Source: Candidatus Jorgensenbacteria bacterium CG03_land_8_20_14_0_80_38_39
GTDB taxonomy: Bacteria > Patescibacteriota > Minisyncoccia > UBA6257 > GWB1-50-10
Length of the DNA stretch: 46,013 bases
Assembly: GCA_002781185.1 (NCBI GenBank)
Contig: PEUU01000025.1
Location: 1-46,013, forward strand
Direction: 5' to 3'
Of the stretch, positions 43,725-46,013 are shown piece after piece. Within the stretch, counting starts at the first letter, position 1; every line of letters starts with the position of its first letter. Below the pieces are notes generated by a model. That model had not been told where the DNA came from. It saw nothing but the letters and a program-made list of their open reading frames with translations, and made no database searches. A program made the translations under genes and the position numbers.

Positions 43725-45740
43725 TTAAGGAGTGTAAGAAATAGTGTTTCGCCAGTGCGGCCTTTGGGAAGCGGATTCATAATTAGACCAGGCCCTATTT
43801 TTATCCGGCTCGGATTTTATGGCGTCCAGCTTGGACTTTAAGCTTTTGTCAGTAGTTTGTTTTTGCTTAATAAGATTTGCGAGCTTCGCTTGAGCGGCTT
43901 GCTTGGCTGCGCCAGCGGGAGCTGCTTGGGCTAATGAGTTTTGGTCGGCGATATCTTGTTTTAATGTGTCTATAGTTTTTTGGTATTTTTTAATGTCCTC
44001 AATTTCCATAAATCCTTTGTTTAGATCATTATCGCCCAGGGTTGTAATCCAGGCAGCAGCAACAGCATCTTTCTTTTCTTTAGGAGCAAAATCTAATTGG
44101 CTAATATGATTTAGGGAAAGATTATTAGCGATTTCCGGCTTTCCCAAACTTTCCTTGTTGAGGTCAGAAACATCTGGAACCCTTTTCATTACTTGTCCAA
44201 TGTCTTTATTGAAAGCTTGGGCATATTGCGGCTGATGTTTTAAGAACTCGTCGCCGCTGTTGGTTTGTTTTAAGGCCTTCAGGATTCTGTCTTGTGTTGA
44301 TTTCTTCAATTTGTCCCAGGCGCCTTTTTTCTCTGCTATAGCCAAACCCAAGCCGCTTAATTCTTGAGGTCTAGCTGTTGGCATTTGGCGATCAGCAGTC
44401 GCCACCAAATCTTCGGAAGTTCGGGACTTGGCTTTTTTGTATTCCTCTTCCGTTCCTTTGGCGAGTTTTTCTTTAGCTCGGCTAGAAACGCCGGAAATAC
44501 CAGTGAAAGCCCGACCAACAACAGGAATTGTTCTTAATTCCTTGCCAAATATTTTTTTGCCTCCGGCTCTTTCTAGAGCAGTTTTACCTTCTTCATCAGT
44601 TCTGGCGGTTAAAAGCCTGTCGCGACCACTGGCTGCTTTTCTGCCGGCCCAGGCCTTGGTCTTACTGCCCATTGCTTTACCTTGGGTTCCCGCCCATTTA
44701 ACAGTCGTGTCGGCAAAACCTATGCCCATACTTTGAGCCGCGATTAAACCTCCGACTAAAATTGCCAAAATTAAAAACATTTGAGCGCCTTGAGTAAAAA
44801 TAGTTTCCAAAGGTCCGGCAAGGCCCAAATACATATCTGATTGTATAATCGTAATGGGATGGTCTTTTAAAACTTGAGCGCTTCTGACAGCTAAATAAAC
44901 GAAAAAAGAGGCCGCCGGCGCAAAAAATACCCATTTGATAAAACTATTCCACCATTTTTTTGTTTGTTCGCTCCATTGGGGCACAATCCAAAAAAGCCAG
45001 GTAATAGGCGAAATAACTAAAAGAAAAGAAAGCTCAAAAAATCTAATGAAAAACAAAATAGCCAGAATAAAAAGAACTATTGCTCCGACGACAGTAAAAA
45101 GAAAAGTAAATAATATGCTGGCGATGCCAATGAAAAAAGCCTCACCAACATTTTCAAAATCAGGCGGCGGTGATGGCGTCGTCGGGTTAGTTGAAGCCAT
45201 TAAAAGTTTTTGAATATCAAAAGCTCCGGCTAAAGTGACGGCTAAATTTTTGGGGCTGATACTGGCGGCGTTGAGGAAAAATTGGGTGAAGACATTGGCA
45301 AAATCAATAAAAACTTTGCCAATAAGCAAGCTGAAATTAACCAAAACCGCGGCGACAATTAATTTTGACAAAAGGTCTTTGGCTCCGTATTTTTGAATTC
45401 TTAAAATTGTGGCAAAAGCAATAATAATAATGACTAAAACAAAACCTAAGTTCGCAATATCCCTAACAATGCCCCAGCCAATGCTTACCACGGGATTAGC
45501 CGAACTGACAATGTGGAGATTTATATCAAAGGCTATATTGACAAACATACTAGCCAAACTAAAAAGCAGTCCGCCTATCCAGCCAATGACAGAATTAACA
45601 ACGGTAAAGAAAAGGTTTAAAGCATTGAATAAAATTTTTGTTTCACCAAACAGTGCTCCTGCTGGCAGAGGAATAGCAACAAAAATAAAAATTAAAAAAA
45701 CAGCGGCAAGCCAAAAGTTTTTAAAAAAATTCTTTTTCAT
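43725..45740 (-). CDS. VirB6/TrbL-like polytopic membrane protein
   Basis: GW.IVRDIANLGF, LVNFSL, ID..N, L...SP, WW..FIKW.FFAP, then a cytoplasmic tail; likely ATG at 45740. Confidence 0.7.
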   Translation of the reverse strand: MKKNFFKNFWLAAVFLIFIFVAIPLPAGALFGETKILFNALNLFFTVVNSVIGWIGGLLFSLASMFVNIAFDINLHIVSSANPVVSIGWGIVRDIANLGFVLVIIIIAFATILRIQKYGAKDLLSKLIVAAVLVNFSLLIGKVFIDFANVFTQFFLNAASISPKNLAVTLAGAFDIQKLLMASTNPTTPSPPPDFENVGEAFFIGIASILFTFLFTVVGAIVLFILAILFFIRFFELSFLLVISPITWLFWIVPQWSEQTKKWWNSFIKWVFFAPAASFFVYLAVRSAQVLKDHPITIIQSDMYLGLAGPLETIFTQGAQMFLILAILVGGLIAAQSMGIGFADTTVKWAGTQGKAMGSKTKAWAGRKAASGRDRLLTARTDEEGKTALERAGGKKIFGKELRTIPVVGRAFTGISGVSSRAKEKLAKGTEEEYKKAKSRTSEDLVATADRQMPTARPQELSGLGLAIAEKKGAWDKLKKSTQDRILKALKQTNSGDEFLKHQPQYAQAFNKDIGQVMKRVPDVSDLNKESLGKPEIANNLSLNHISQLDFAPKEKKDAVAAAWITTLGDNDLNKGFMEIEDIKKYQKTIDTLKQDIADQNSLAQAAPAGAAKQAAQAKLANLIKQKQTTDKSLKSKLDAIKSEPDKNRAWSNYESASQRPHWRNTISYTP

Positions 45741-45804
45741 AATTTGGCAGTTAAATCTTGGCAATTTCGTAACAAGAAAATCTCGCCTTTTAAAAGTTTA
45801 ATTT

Positions 45805-46013
45805 TTAGGGAGGACATTTTGGCAATTGACTTATAGTTTTGTTAATTTGGTCTAGCAAATCTTGAGAAGTACTTTTAAAAGAAACCGAGTTGTTATAATG
45901 CTGCTCTATGGCGGAGGAAAGGATGACTAAATCTCTCGCGTTAGTGATGGTATTTAATTTATTTCGGTCGTCAGTGAGATTTGTTTGAGTTAAAGCCAGA
46001 CTGGCAAAAACTT
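45805..46013 (-). CDS. 3' end of a CDS continuing beyond the window
   Basis: Open frame VFASLALTQ...KTISQLPKCPP* running from the window end. Confidence 0.6.
   Translation of the reverse strand, partial: VFASLALTQTNLTDDRNKLNTITNARDLVILSSAIEQHYNNSVSFKSTSQDLLDQINKTISQLPKCPP

Noticed and set aside
563..45801. Many short antisense or alternate-frame ORFs in the track (e.g. 563-745, 3465-3776, 19803-20048, 23059-23773, 34581-35126, 45409-45801)
   Set aside because: They are shadows of well-supported genes and carry no motifs.
1..46013. IS transposase, prophage or rRNA genes
   Set aside because: No DDE, HUH, integrase, phage structural or rRNA signatures were recognised.

Overview
AT-rich bacterial chromosome segment spanning the likely replication origin (rnpA-rpmH | dnaA-dnaN, with DnaA-box-like 9-mers). 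The gene content (PrgI/TraC-like/VirB4/VirB6-like/pilin cluster, PilB, membrane-anchored Clp ATPase, short YebC, archease-RtcB, few SD motifs) suggests a Patescibacteria (CPR, Parcubacteria-like) genome using standard code 11. Core genes: infC-rpmI-rplT, rpsT, rpmH, rnpA, dnaA, dnaN, polA, polX, ruvA/B/C, mutM, holA-like, murE, PBP1A, tsaE, yidC, jag and tRNA-Arg(CCG). Four short genes missing from the ORF track were found by hand: rpmI, rpmH, an AbrB-like gene and an acidic microprotein. The most unusual signal is a layer of small repeat elements. Two single-gene cassettes (a GxxExxY nuclease and a four-helix-bundle gene with an internal TAG) are bounded by periodic inverted repeats. Related hairpin elements sit in frame inside polX and murE, a separate hairpin sits in MGMT, and there are perfect 30- and 36-bp palindromes plus a nested-IR element at the window start. 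A promoter-driven structured RNA candidate lies between ruvB and pilB. All family assignments come from motif recognition, not database searches.
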